Origin: Thraustochytrium aureum
Lineage: Eukaryota
DNA length: 64,000 nt
Assembly: GCA_012862495.1 (NCBI GenBank)
Contig: BLSG01000081.1
Location: forward strand, 107,186 to 171,185
Direction of reading: 5' to 3'
The notes below the pieces were generated by a model. It was not told the origin of the DNA, searched no databases, and worked only from the letters and a program-made list of their open reading frames with translations. Positions within the stretch are counted from its first letter, which is position 1. Each line of letters starts with the position of its first letter. The position numbers were made by a program, and so were the translations under genes. Shown here one piece after another: positions 1 through 10,400 of the stretch.

Positions 1-964
1 CGCGACACGCGGCACGTGGTGCGCGTCCTCGACGCGTTTGACATCACCACGATTCTCACCTCGGTCAAGCCTCCGCTGATGGGCATCCACTACCGTGACT
101 ACATCGAACTCAACCTGCTCAGCATGCTCGAGCTGATCAAGGCGGCCAAGGCGGCCAAGGTGCCCAACTTTATCTACGTCAGCTCCATCGCGGCCGCGAG
201 CCACTACATCCCGCACTACATGGCCACCGAGGACGACCCCAAGCCCCTCTACACCGACTACGAAGCCCCGTACGACGTATCCAAGAGGATCGCGGAGGAC
301 GCGCTCCTCGAGGCGCACGAAGAGGGCGTCTTTAACGTCGTGTCCGTGCGCACCAGCGGCATCTACGGTGGCGTCGGGGACCCGTACGACTACTTTCGCC
401 TCCCCTTCATCATCAGCTTTGGCTGCCCGGCAGTCATCGACGCCAACTACGCCGCCAACATCGGCGATGCGCTCTACGTGGTGGACCGCAAGCTCAAGAA
501 GGACCCCAGCGTTGGCGGCCAGTTTTACTATTACACCGGCGAGCACAACTCGGAGAACACCATCGCGCTGCACGCCGCCGAGGTGTCGGGCAAGCCTCTG
601 TTCGAGCTTCCGTTCTGGGTCCTCGAGATCGTCATGGAGTGGTGGACGTGGGCGCGCTGGGAGTAAGTTTTTCCGAGTTGCAATTTTTGCTTGCTTGCTG
701 GTACCCTATGCGAGCGAGGCGCGGGCAGCCGCGGCTCCATTGCACCGTTTTTTGCCAGAGCAGCGCGTTTCCGATGCTAACCCCAAACTCTCGATCGCCT
801 GCTCGCGACCCAGCCCGAACGTTTACTCCTATCTTGACATGATTCGGATGGCTGTCGTGCAGCAGACGTTCAACAACTCCAAGTTCGAGCGCACCTTTCC
901 CGAGTTCAAGCCCAAGTACACGATGCTGGATGCAATCACACAGCTGTACGGCCCCAAGCCGTAA
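1..964 (+). CDS. 3-beta-hydroxysteroid dehydrogenase/NSDHL-like extended SDR (NAD-dependent epimerase family), 5' partial, 2 visible exons (<1..662, 814..964)
   Basis: FIYVSS and YDVSK (YxxxK) SDR motifs. Intron 663-813 has GTAAGT donor, GCTAAC branch site and CAG acceptor; splicing gives the in-frame join ...WARWD|PNVYSYLDM... to TAA at 962-964. Confidence 0.8.
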
Positions 965-1152
965 ACTACCTACTTAGCATTGAAATCGAAATCGAAACGA
1001 AAGCGTCGGCTTCTGCGGGCTGCTCTGCCTCCCTCTTGGCTCCCGTGCGCCCCTTGGCGTCGGCAGCGGCTACGCGCACCGTGCCACCTCTACCCTCGCC
1101 CTTGCGCCCTCCGCGCCCCAGCGCGCGCCCTTGCGCCACCCCACTGGACAGC

Positions 1153-2855
1153 TCATGCGAACGGCGAAACCGTCCAGAGCTTGAACGTTCGGTCGTACGA
1201 GCTTGTCAGCACCGTCTCGCCATCTGCGGAGAGGTCGGCGTCCATGACCAGATGGTCGTGGCCCTCCAGCGTGCGCAAGAGGGCGGCGTCCCCCGTCGAC
1301 CAGACCTTCACCGTGCGATCATAAGATGCAGTCACCAGCGTCCCGCCAAGCAGCGGGCAGAACCGCACCTGGCTGATCAAGGAGAGGTGTCCCGGGATCA
1401 CGTGCAGCACGCGCCGCTTCCGCAGGTCCCACACGCGCGCAGTGTGATCCGCTGAACCGGTGGCAACATGGAAACCGCTAACACTAAAGTCTGCGCAAAG
1501 CACGCCCTCGGCATGGCCCAGAAAGTTCTCCACTGCTTTTCCCGAGCGCAGGTCCCACAGCCGCGCGATGCCGCCGAGGTCGCCGCTTAGCGCAAGAGAC
1601 CCGTCGGGGTGGTTTAGCGCCAGCGCGTACACGGGATACTCGTGCCCTTCTTGCAACAAGATCTCCTTCTCGTGCTCCACGTCCCAGAGCCGCCAGGTCT
1701 GGTCGTAGCTCGACGTGGCCGCCAGGTCTCCCATCGGGTGCCACACCGCCTTGGCGAGGCGCATGGCGTGTCCAGCAAGCGTTCCACAGGCCTCGACCCG
1801 CCCTATTGAATCAGACTCCGCGCCGCCTTGATCCACGTTTCCGGCGCCTTCTAGAGCCATTGCCGCGCTCTCCTCCCGTTCAGCGGCGTTGCCGGAGGCG
1901 ACGCTTTCGCCGATGGCCCACACCTTGGCCGTCCCGTCCGCGGACCCGGTCAATAGGCGCGCATTGTCTGTTGGGCAGTACGCAACGCTCTGGCACCTAT
2001 CCTCGTGCCCATCGAGTCGAGCTAGCGCTTCTAGAGTCGCCCGGTTCCATATCTTGACCCCGCCAGAGAACGACCCCGTCGCGAGCGTCACGCCCGCAGG
2101 GCTGAAACCGCAGCAGGACAGAGGCCGCTTGTCGCCGACTTGGCTCGAGCCCACAAACAAACTCCGCATGTTGTCTTGGGCCTGCAGCACGCGGTCTTCA
2201 TTGGCAATAAAAGCCTCTGCGTCATCGTGCAGCTCGCGTTGCTTGGCAATGCGCGACTTGGCGAGTTTCCAGGACCGCTCGGCAATGCTTGCCCGGGCTT
2301 TGACGAGCTCTGGGGCAGGCGGGCAGGTAAAAACGTCTGCTTGCGCTCCGCCTGCCTCTTTGCTTCCTGCGCCGCGGCCTCGTCCCCGTCCTCGGGTGCC
2401 TCGTCTTCTCGTTGGCGCTTGCGTTCGCGCTCGGCGTGTGCCAGCTTCGTTTGGACGAGCGCCCACTCCTCCTTGTCAAGTTGAGCCTTGGCCAAGCGCT
2501 TGCGCAGCCGCTCTCGCCGCTCGCCCTCGCGCTCTCCGAAGAGGCAAATTGGGTGTCCCAGCGCGCGCAGCTGCGTTTTCACGACAGCGTCGTCCGTCGG
2601 GACTGTCACGGTGCGCTCGCGCTTGGACGCGACCAGCTGCTGGATCGTTTCCGCGTGCCGCTCTTGCTCTTCCAAGCTGGACGCCGCGAGAGCCAGCGTC
2701 TCGGCGCTTTCGCCCGAGACGTTGACGTTTCCACTCTGCATCGCCGCGCCGAGCTTCTCCGCGTCCTTCGCACCGCCGTCGGCGACCTCCAGTTCGAGGC
2801 TCCCATAGTGCACTCTTTCGCTCATCTCCGCGGCACTCGCAGCGCCGGCCTCCAC
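1153..2855 (-). CDS. PRPF4: U4/U6 snRNP protein Prp4 (PRP4 motif + WD40 repeats), 1-nt frameshift near 2330
   Basis: N-terminal VPTDDAVVKTQLRALGHPICLFGEREGERRERLR (PRP4 motif) lies in ORF 2088..2855. The WD40 part (QVGDKRPLS, TSSYDQTWRLWD, LLQEGH, TSSYDRTFKLW) lies in ORF 1153..2466. The frames switch at the A5 run at 2329-2333. Confidence 0.9.
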
Positions 2856-3020
2856 GCTGCGGTCCAGCCGCAGCCAGGCCGTCCGGCCGCCCGCGCCGCC
2901 AGCGCCAGCAGCGCCAGCCGCAGGCAGTCAAGCGCTCGAGAGCGAGAGCAAGCGGTCAAAATGGCGCGACAGTGCCAACCAAGCGCAATCCAGCGCCGAC
3001 CTCGAGCACAGGGCAGCGAT

Positions 3021-3060
<40 letters not shown>
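3021..3060. repeat. (CCAG)n microsatellite between the divergent PRP4 and POLD3 genes
   Basis: ccagccagccagcc... about 10 units seen directly. Confidence 0.9.
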
Positions 3061-3399
3061 TAGAGCGCCGCGCAAAAGGTCGCCGTGCGCGGCCGCCGCA
3101 GGACTCCGGGCGCCGCGGCGGCACAGCAGAATCAGACGCTCTTGATCAATCGGGGTCTGCTCAACTCGCGACTCTCGCTAGCTCATGCCAAATAATAGCG
3201 GGTCGGATCCTTCTTTCGTTCTTTCAGGCCCTTGTTCGTTTTGTTCCTCCGGAGGGGTGAGAGGGCGGGCGCTCTTGGAGGAGAAGGAACAAAAAACGTT
3301 TGAAAACGAATCGGTCTATTCTTGGGGCAGCGGAACGGATTTCAAACCTGTGAGGCGCCCGGTTCTAAGGCAGAACTCTTTCTCTTTGAACTCTCTTCG

Positions 3400-3540
3400 T
3401 GTTTTTCGGTTTTTTTTCAAAAATTCGAACTAAATTTGGTTTGTTTTTTGGTTTTTGGTTTGTTTTGGTTTGTTTTTTGGTTTGTTTTTTGGTTGTTTTT
3501 GGTTGTTTTTTGGTTGTTTTTTGGTTGTTTTTTTGGTCTT
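3400..3540. repeat. T/G-rich low-complexity tract (TTTGG/TTGTT-like units)
   Basis: Seen directly; lies just before an assembly gap. Confidence 0.85.
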
Positions 3541-3840
3541 TCTGCGTGGACTGGCAGGCGGCAGCGGCAGAGCTTGAACGGGGCGGGACGTCTGGCAGCA
3601 ACCCCGTGCGTTGGCGAGNNNNNNNNNNNNNNNNNNNNNNNNNNNNNNNNNNNNNNNNNNNNNNNNNNNNNNNNNNNNNNNNNNNNNNNNNNNNNNNNNN
3701 NNNNNNNNNNNNNNNNNNNNNNNNNNNNNNNNNNNNNNNNNNNNNNNNNNNNNNNNNNNNNNNNNNNNNNNNNNNNNNNNNNNNNNNNNNGACAGGCCGA
3801 CAGACAGGCCCGCGGACGGCGGAGTGCTTGCTTGTCTGGG

Positions 3841-5544
3841 ATGAGCGCCGACGACGTTGAACGCGTTCTGGCGGCTGATCAGCAGGGCGTGACGTACAAA
3901 TGGCTCGCGTACGAGCACGGCATGAGCATGGATACGGCCAAACGCGTGCTGGCGAAGGTTGCTGCGAAAGTGAGCGCGGAAAAGGATGCCAAGTATGAGG
4001 TGGTGTACCTGCTTGCGGGCAAAGTGCGCGGCGCTGCGGCCTCGCACAGCGTTCGGCTCGTCCGTGCCGAGGACCTCGAGCGCGCGAAAGCCGAGATGGA
4101 CAAAGTCACCTCGCTGCACGTGTTTGCTGTCCAGCCGCGCGCCATTCCAGATATGAGTGCCGCGCTTTGGAGCAAGACACACAGCAAGCTTGTGCAGCTC
4201 CTCGAAGACGACGGGGAGCCGGCACGAGACATGCTCGAAAATAGACTCGGCGCTTTGGCGAACGCCCAGGTTGGCGTCGTCGGCAAGCGGCGTGTCGTCG
4301 CGCAGCCTCCGGTCGCCGACCAGCCCTCGAAACGGGCCGGCCCGGCAAACGGCATTGACGATGCCTACAAGGGCGTAGGGAGCCAGGGCACGAAGAAAAC
4401 CTCGGCGAAGGACTTTTTCAAAAAGCACGCCACCAAGCCCAAAGCACCCAAAGCCAAGGGCAAGGCCGAGCAAGAGGCGAAAGCGGCAAGCCCAAAGGGC
4501 CAGGTCGCTGAATCGCAACCGTCCCGCATGGCCTCCGCCCCGAACGCGGCGAGTAGCGAGCAAGGTCCGGGCCAAGCAGCCAGTTCCGGGCTGGCGCAGA
4601 GGATTGTGACCGGATCATCCGCAGATGGCGGCGGCAAGCCCGGCGATGAGGCGGCGGACCGCAAGCGCAAGCCACTGGGCGCAGCCCAAGCCGCCCTCCA
4701 GGACTCCAAGAGGGCCAAGGCCGAGTCCCGCGGCGCCGCCCCAGATGGTGCTACAAGCGCGGCGAGGGTGAAAAAAGGGGGCTCGCGACATGTCGTGGTT
4801 GACAGCGACGACGAGGAGCAGGACGCGGTCAACAGCGCAGACGACGAGGGCAAAGGCTCCACAGTGAAAAAGGTCTCGGCGCCCCCTGCAGACGAGGCTC
4901 CCAGCGAGGCCAAGGCCAAAAAGAAGGCAAAACAGCATGTATTGGTCGATAGCGACGACGAAGAAGAGCAGGAGGGAAGCGGCAGTGCCAACAGCGCCTC
5001 CGCCCAAGTCGGCGCTCGCAGCCGCCAAGCACAGACCGCAGAGGTTGTCGACAGCGAGAGCGAAGACGAGGCCGAGCTGGATCCTGAGCTCAAGCTGCAG
5101 CGCGCCAAGGAGGCCGAGGAAGAAGCTGCCGAAAAGGAGCGCAAGCGGCTAGCGAAGCGGGAAGCTGCCAAAAAGGCGCGCCAAGAGAGGAAGAAACTCG
5201 AGGAGGCCGAAGCCAAGGAGCGCGGCAGGGAGCGGCTCGGGATATCTGCCTCGCAGAAGAGCGACTCGGGCGCTGGCCCAAAGACGACGCGCACGGTCAA
5301 GCGCTCCCGCACAATCACCCAGGAGGAGGAGGACGAGGATGGCTTTATGGTTGTCAAGGAGATCGTGCTCGAAGAAGAATTCGAAGAGGAGATCCCCCCG
5401 GAAGAGCTAGCTCGCGCCGAGGCGGCGAAAAGCAAAAAGCAAAAGGGCCCCGCGGCGCCCAGTGAGGTCGCTGCCGCCCAAAAGCCAAAAGCGGCCAAGC
5501 AGGGCAAGCTTTCAATGTTTTTCTCCAAGAAAAAAAGTACCTGA
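3841..5544 (+). CDS. POLD3: DNA polymerase delta subunit 3 (p66/Cdc27)
   Basis: N-terminal VTYKWL...AKRVL winged-helix region, SLHVFAVQ, long charged linker, DEDGFMVVK, and C-terminal PIP box KQGKLSMFFSKK. Confidence 0.88.
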   Translation: MSADDVERVLAADQQGVTYKWLAYEHGMSMDTAKRVLAKVAAKVSAEKDAKYEVVYLLAGKVRGAAASHSVRLVRAEDLERAKAEMDKVTSLHVFAVQPRAIPDMSAALWSKTHSKLVQLLEDDGEPARDMLENRLGALANAQVGVVGKRRVVAQPPVADQPSKRAGPANGIDDAYKGVGSQGTKKTSAKDFFKKHATKPKAPKAKGKAEQEAKAASPKGQVAESQPSRMASAPNAASSEQGPGQAASSGLAQRIVTGSSADGGGKPGDEAADRKRKPLGAAQAALQDSKRAKAESRGAAPDGATSAARVKKGGSRHVVVDSDDEEQDAVNSADDEGKGSTVKKVSAPPADEAPSEAKAKKKAKQHVLVDSDDEEEQEGSGSANSASAQVGARSRQAQTAEVVDSESEDEAELDPELKLQRAKEAEEEAAEKERKRLAKREAAKKARQERKKLEEAEAKERGRERLGISASQKSDSGAGPKTTRTVKRSRTITQEEEDEDGFMVVKEIVLEEEFEEEIPPEELARAEAAKSKKQKGPAAPSEVAAAQKPKAAKQGKLSMFFSKKKST

Positions 5545-5697
5545 GGGCAAGCTCGATTTTGGCCAGTAACAACAGCAAAACAGCAAAAGTCAAACTTCAG
5601 CGCGCGCCTTGGCTTGTCCCCTCTATCGCCCGGCGGGCTGCCCGCTGCGCCGATTCGTCACGCTTGCGCCAGTGTCCGGCAAACGGCATTGCGACGT

Positions 5698-6867
5698 TCA
5701 ACGAAGCAACGGCAAGCTGGCCGACACGATCTGAAGCGGGCGCGCCGGTCCGTCACGGCTCTGCCCGGCCAAGCTGCGCCCTTGCAACGAGCGCGGAAAC
5801 GGTTTGCAGCACCTCGACGGGACGTTGCACGGAAGCAAGCCGGGCCGGTGCTCCAGCTTGATTAGCATGTAGATGTAGAAGCGCTTGGTCAGCGGCGGGT
5901 CACAGTCTGGCCCGTCCACAACCTCAAGTTTCGCGTCTGTCGGCACGTGTCCGTTCTCGTCGCAAACAGCCCGCACGCAGCACGTGCAAGACGCCCACGT
6001 CTCTGGCACGAGGGCCTCGCCAACGTCGCGTCGCTCCTGCCAGTCGTCCACCTCGTGGGGCAAGCTCGAGTCGAGAAAGGGGTGGATCTCCTCCGGGTCG
6101 CGCATGGTGATCAATACCGCGATGCCGCCCGGCACGAGAACGCGGTGGTACTCTGCGAGCACGATGGCCACAAGATTGTCCACGTCGAGGTCTGGATCGT
6201 CGCACCAGAACAAACAGTCCACAAGCGACTTGTCAACGACGAAGCCCATCGACTGGTCCACAAAGTCGGATTGGGTCATGTCGTCGACTTGAAACTCCAG
6301 GCCAGCAATGTCGCTGTACCTGTCGGTCATTATATGCACACACGCTTCGGAGATGTCGGTTCCGATCACGCGCGCCAACCCGAGCCCTTGGGCCAGGCAG
6401 GCCGAGAACGGCGAGTCCCCGCAGCCAGGGACCAGAGCCGGAAGGTGAACTAGATGTGGCGAGTGCCGCACGATCTGCTCTAGGTAGGGCCGGAGGCTCG
6501 TGAAGCTCAAGATGTACTCCGCGTGCGTGCCGTGTCGTTGGTTGTACATGTACAAGTCGTCCCAATAGTCCTGCGACACGGTCTCCCCGCCCCGGCACGT
6601 AGGACAGGCACAAGAGTCCCCTGAGCTGTCCCTGCACAGCACATACCCGAGCAGGTGCTCTTCGTCCTCGTCCACAGACCCTCTGCTCTGGTTGCAGTCG
6701 CCTTCGCCCGCAACCAGGCCGTCTTCGTGCTCGTGGTTGTGGCTCCCGCGGCCAGAGCCGACCGCATCCGCAGACATGCCTTCAGCCCTTGGCGCGCACG
6801 AGGCCTGAGCCGAGCCCGGTGCATCGGCGACGTCGCCCGAGGGCTCGCTGGGCGAGCCTTTCGCGTT
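5698..6867 (-). CDS. Class I SAM-dependent methyltransferase, EEF1AKMT4/METTL13 N-domain-like; 5' end may be in the gap (candidate Met at 6777)
   Basis: QDYWDDLY, LVPGCGDSPFS (motif I), GTDIS, VVDKSLVDCL, HRVLVPGGIAVLIT. Confidence 0.75.
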   Translation of the reverse strand, partial: NAKGSPSEPSGDVADAPGSAQASCAPRAEGMSADAVGSGRGSHNHEHEDGLVAGEGDCNQSRGSVDEDEEHLLGYVLCRDSSGDSCACPTCRGGETVSQDYWDDLYMYNQRHGTHAEYILSFTSLRPYLEQIVRHSPHLVHLPALVPGCGDSPFSACLAQGLGLARVIGTDISEACVHIMTDRYSDIAGLEFQVDDMTQSDFVDQSMGFVVDKSLVDCLFWCDDPDLDVDNLVAIVLAEYHRVLVPGGIAVLITMRDPEEIHPFLDSSLPHEVDDWQERRDVGEALVPETWASCTCCVRAVCDENGHVPTDAKLEVVDGPDCDPPLTKRFYIYMLIKLEHRPGLLPCNVPSRCCKPFPRSLQGRSLAGQSRDGPARPLQIVSASLPLLR

Positions 6868-8051
6868 NNNNNNNNNNNNNNNNNNNNNNNNNNNNNNNNN
6901 NNNNNNNNNNNNNNNNNNNNNNNNNNNNNNNNNNNNNNNNNNNNNNNNNNNNNNNNNNNNNNNNNNNNNNNNNNNNNNNNNNNNNNNNNNNNNNNNNNNN
7001 NNNNNNNNNNNNNNNNNNNNNNNNNNNNNNNNNNNNNNNNNNNNNNNNNNNNNNNNNNNNNNNNNNNNNNNNNNNNNNNNNNNNNNNNNNNNNNNNNNNN
7101 NNNNNNNNNNNNNNNNNNNNNNNNNNNNNNNNNNNNNNNNNNNNNNNNNNNNNNNNNNNNNNNNNNNNNNNNNNNNNNNNNNNNNNNNNNNNNNNNNNNN
7201 NNNNNNNNNNNNNNNNNNNNNNNNNNNNNNNNNNNNNNNNNNNNNNNNNNNNNNNNNNNNNNNNNNNNNNNNNNNNNNNNNNNNNNNNNNNNNNNNNNNN
7301 NNNNNNNNNNNNNNNNNNNNNNNNNNNNNNNNNNNNNNNNNNNNNNNNNNNNNNNNNNNNNNNNNNNNNNNNNNNNNNNNNNNNNNNNNNNNNNNNNNNN
7401 NNNNNNNNNNNNNNNNNNNNNNNNNNNNNNNNNNNNNNNNNNNNNNNNNNNNNNNNNNNNNNNNNNNNNNNNNNNNNNNNNNNNNNNNNNNNNNNNNNNN
7501 NNNNNNNNNNNNNNNNNNNNNNNNNNNNNNNNNNNNNNNNNNNNNNNNNNNNNNNNNNNNNNNNNNNNNNNNNNNNNNNNNNNNNNNNNNNNNNNNNNNN
7601 NNNNNNNNNNNNNNNNNNNNNNNNNNNNNNNNNNNNNNNNNNNNNNNNNNNNNNNNNNNNNNNNNNNNNNNNNNNNNNNNNNNNNNNNNNNNNNNNNNNN
7701 NNNNNNNNNNNNNNNNNNNNNNNNNNNNNNNNNNNNNNNNNNNNNNNNNNNNNNNNNNNNNNNNNNNNNNNNNNNNNNNNNNNNNNNNNNNNNNNNNNNN
7801 NNNNNNNNNNNNNNNNNNNNNNNNNNNNNNNGTTTCGGCCCGCTCCTCCAGCGAGGCCCAAGCCGCAAGGAGCGGTGCGGGCTGTCCACGAGCGCGCCAG
7901 ACCTGCAACATCCCGCACCGTCCCGTTGTATCCTCGCCCGGTCCCAACTCGGCCGGCGGCGCCGCAGACCACCAAGGAAGGGCCTCGAGCAGCTCGCCGC
8001 GGCAGGCCAGAGCGCCGCGGGCGAGCGCTTTGGCGCGCGGAGCTTGCGGGG

Positions 8052-10097
8052 ATGGCGACGGACGCGCAGATCAACGAGCTCGTGGGGTGGTTCGCGCAGG
8101 CCGCGCCATGGGTCACCGTGAACGCCGAAGCGCTCGCCGGCAGACTGCGCGGGTCCAGGCTGAGGTCTCTGGTCTGGCGCGCTGCCGCTGGCGCGCTGCC
8201 GCTGTGCGAGAGCCTCGAGGCGGCCGCGCGCGAGTGGCCCGAGTGCGCGAACGCGCTTCGGAGCGAGTACGCGGCGCTCAAGGTCAAGGTCACCGTGAAC
8301 CCGCACGAGGACGGAGCGGGCGGGGATCCGCTCATGGCTGGCGACCCGCTCGGCGCTAATGGCGGGGACAACGTGTGGGCCGCGTTCCACCGAGATAAGG
8401 AGCTGCTGGAGGAGATCACCAAGGACCTCACGAGGTTGTACCCGAACGGGTGTGGGGACTTTTTCTCGCACAAGCCAGTGGCAGACATTCTCAGGCAAGT
8501 GCTCTTCGTGTGGTGCAAGCTGCATCCCGAGACGTCGTATCGCCAGGGCATGCACGAGCTCTTAGCCCCGGTGTTCTTTTGCATGCATCGCGACGCGGTC
8601 CCTTCGCGGCTGCGCAGGCCGCCGGCGAGCGCGGCGAGCGAGCTAGACCCGCGCGCAGCCGCCAAAGCCGCGCTCGAGGACGTTTTAGACATGGAATTTC
8701 TGGAGCACGACTCGTTCTGGGTGTTTGAGCGCATCATGCGCGACATGGAGCCGCTCTTCCTGGTGGACAAGGAGGCGCGCATGTCGCAGCGCGAGATCAA
8801 GCGCGCAAAGCAAGCGCTCATCAAACGGAGTCGCCAAGGCCAGCTGGGAACGGCATCGCAAGCTGACGCGCCCGCCGCGGAGGAGAAGCTGCAGGGGCCG
8901 CTCTCCCCAGTGCTGCACTTTTCGCGCAAAATACAGAGCGAGCTGCTCCCGAGGTTTGACGGCGCCCTGCACGCGCATCTTGTTGCACTGGAGATCGAGC
9001 CACAGCTCTACGCCCTGCGGTGGCTCCGGCTATTGTTCGGCCGCGAGTTTCCCATGGAGCAAACGATGGTCCTCTGGGACAGCCTTCTAGTGGACGGCTT
9101 TGGGTTAGCTCGCCGAAGCAAGGACGCCTCCCTGGCCCACGGAGCCTGCAGTGGTGCGGCGGTCGCCGCCGCAGCGGCCGCAGCCGCCGTGGACGCCGCG
9201 CCAGCAGACCTGCAAAAGCTGGCTCGGGGCAGCCTCCCTGAGACGGCCTGCTACTTTGCGGTGGCCATGCTCTCATACGTACGCAGCCAGCTCATGCAGG
9301 ATGACTACAGCATGGTGCTCATGGAGCTTATGCGATACCCCGAGGTAGAGGACGCCCATGCCTTTGTGCATCTCGCCTTCAGCATCCGCAACGCCGTGCT
9401 TGGCGACGACGCCAAGACCGTGGTGCCCACGCGGCCAGCAGCGAGTCCTGGAGTTCTGGCAGAGCGCGCTATGCCCTCCTCCACTGTCGCGGCGCGCTCA
9501 GCCGTGCCGCCGTCGAGCTTTGCAAGGAGCGGAACCAAACCAGCAGCAGATGTCCCGGCTGCGGCCACCCTCGGCGGCGCAAGCGGTGCGCATCCGCCGA
9601 AGCCGCCACCACAACGCATCGCTCTTACGAACGACTGCGATCTGCCGGATCGCGATGCGCCCCGCGGTGTCGCGCACAACCCACAGTCGGAGGCGCGAGG
9701 GCAAGACGCGCCCCTTGCTAGCGACGTTGAGACTGCAGCTAGGCCGCGAAGCGGGAGCTCGTCACCGTCACCGATCGAGACGTTCTTCAAGGACCTCGGC
9801 GAGAAGCTTGAAAACATTTTTGACGCGCCCGAGAGCGGGACGCTGCAGAGCCCGCGCCGCGCTGAGGCAGCCGCAACTGCCCTGCAACAAAACAAAATGC
9901 TGCTCAGCATGCAACGCCGGATGGGCGACCGTCTTTCTAGCATCGCGAGTAGGCTCGAGGATGCCCTCGGGGCTCAAGACTCGGCCGAGGGGCAAGGCGT
10001 AGATGTTGCTCTGTCGCTGGTCGCTGAGGTCAAGCAGGTTCGTGACGTGCTGCTCGGCCGCGTGCTCGAAGAAGAGTGCTTCGCCACAGTTGTTTGA
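8052..10097 (+). CDS. TBC1D5: TBC-domain Rab GTPase-activating protein, TBC1D5-like
   Basis: LRSLVWR, DPL motif, ITKDLTRLYP (IxxDxxR arginine finger), YRQGMHELLAP (glutamine finger), LEHDSF, LYALRWLRLLFGREF, LWD. Confidence 0.85.
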   Translation: MATDAQINELVGWFAQAAPWVTVNAEALAGRLRGSRLRSLVWRAAAGALPLCESLEAAAREWPECANALRSEYAALKVKVTVNPHEDGAGGDPLMAGDPLGANGGDNVWAAFHRDKELLEEITKDLTRLYPNGCGDFFSHKPVADILRQVLFVWCKLHPETSYRQGMHELLAPVFFCMHRDAVPSRLRRPPASAASELDPRAAAKAALEDVLDMEFLEHDSFWVFERIMRDMEPLFLVDKEARMSQREIKRAKQALIKRSRQGQLGTASQADAPAAEEKLQGPLSPVLHFSRKIQSELLPRFDGALHAHLVALEIEPQLYALRWLRLLFGREFPMEQTMVLWDSLLVDGFGLARRSKDASLAHGACSGAAVAAAAAAAAVDAAPADLQKLARGSLPETACYFAVAMLSYVRSQLMQDDYSMVLMELMRYPEVEDAHAFVHLAFSIRNAVLGDDAKTVVPTRPAASPGVLAERAMPSSTVAARSAVPPSSFARSGTKPAADVPAAATLGGASGAHPPKPPPQRIALTNDCDLPDRDAPRGVAHNPQSEARGQDAPLASDVETAARPRSGSSSPSPIETFFKDLGEKLENIFDAPESGTLQSPRRAEAAATALQQNKMLLSMQRRMGDRLSSIASRLEDALGAQDSAEGQGVDVALSLVAEVKQVRDVLLGRVLEEECFATVV

Positions 10098-10160
10098 TGC
10101 GTTTTCGGCAGCAGCCACCGCGAAGCGGGCTTGCCGCAGAGATAAGATACCGCAGATCTA

Positions 10161-10400
10161 CTTTTAGAAAAGCGCCGACTCCGCAGGCTTTTGAAACCAC
10201 CGGGGTGGGAGAGGCTGGCTGCCCACGTCCTCTGCAGTCTGGAGTTGCCATCGAGCGCGGTCCGCTCGCTTGGACGGGGTCCACCGCGGCCAGCCCACTG
10301 GCCCCCTTTCACAAGAAACGAACAGCCGCGCAGGATTCTCCCGCGGTTTGTGGCGGGGCTTCTCCCAAAAAGGACATCTAGGCATCGAAGTAGGATGGGT
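10161..10400 (-). ncRNA. Candidate Fanzor omega-RNA scaffold
   Basis: Lies between the putative Fanzor stop (10378-10380) and the putative element end. Short inverted repeats seen: CGAGCG/CGCTCG (10252-10268), TGGAC/GTCCA (10271-10283), GGCCAG/CTGGCC (10288-10303), CCGCG/CGCGG (10326-10346), long-range GGGAGA/TCTCCC (10207-10212/10361-10366), AAAAGC/GCTTTT (10168-10192). The position matches known TnpB/Fanzor omega-RNAs. Confidence 0.45.

Noticed and set aside
1153..2855. Pseudogene status or programmed ribosomal frameshifting for PRP4, USP, CDC45 and the CNB-kinase
   Set aside because: These are conserved, otherwise intact genes; the shifts occur at short homopolymers in both directions, with no shared slippery heptamer or downstream structure.
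3322..3840. Hydrophobic 'transmembrane' N-terminal extension of POLD3 in the ORF track
   Set aside because: It is the translation of a T/G low-complexity tract plus an N gap; POLD3 homology starts at ATG 3841.
6507..8929. Very long ORFs spanning N gaps (also near 12.4, 21, 27.4 and 51.9 kb)
   Set aside because: Artefacts of N codons lacking stops.
10150..10195. Helitron-type 3' end (hairpin + CTRR) for the Fanzor element
   Set aside because: The hairpin is weak, the minus strand reads ...AAAAGTAG rather than CTAG, and no RepHel gene or clear 5' TC end is visible; not supportable.
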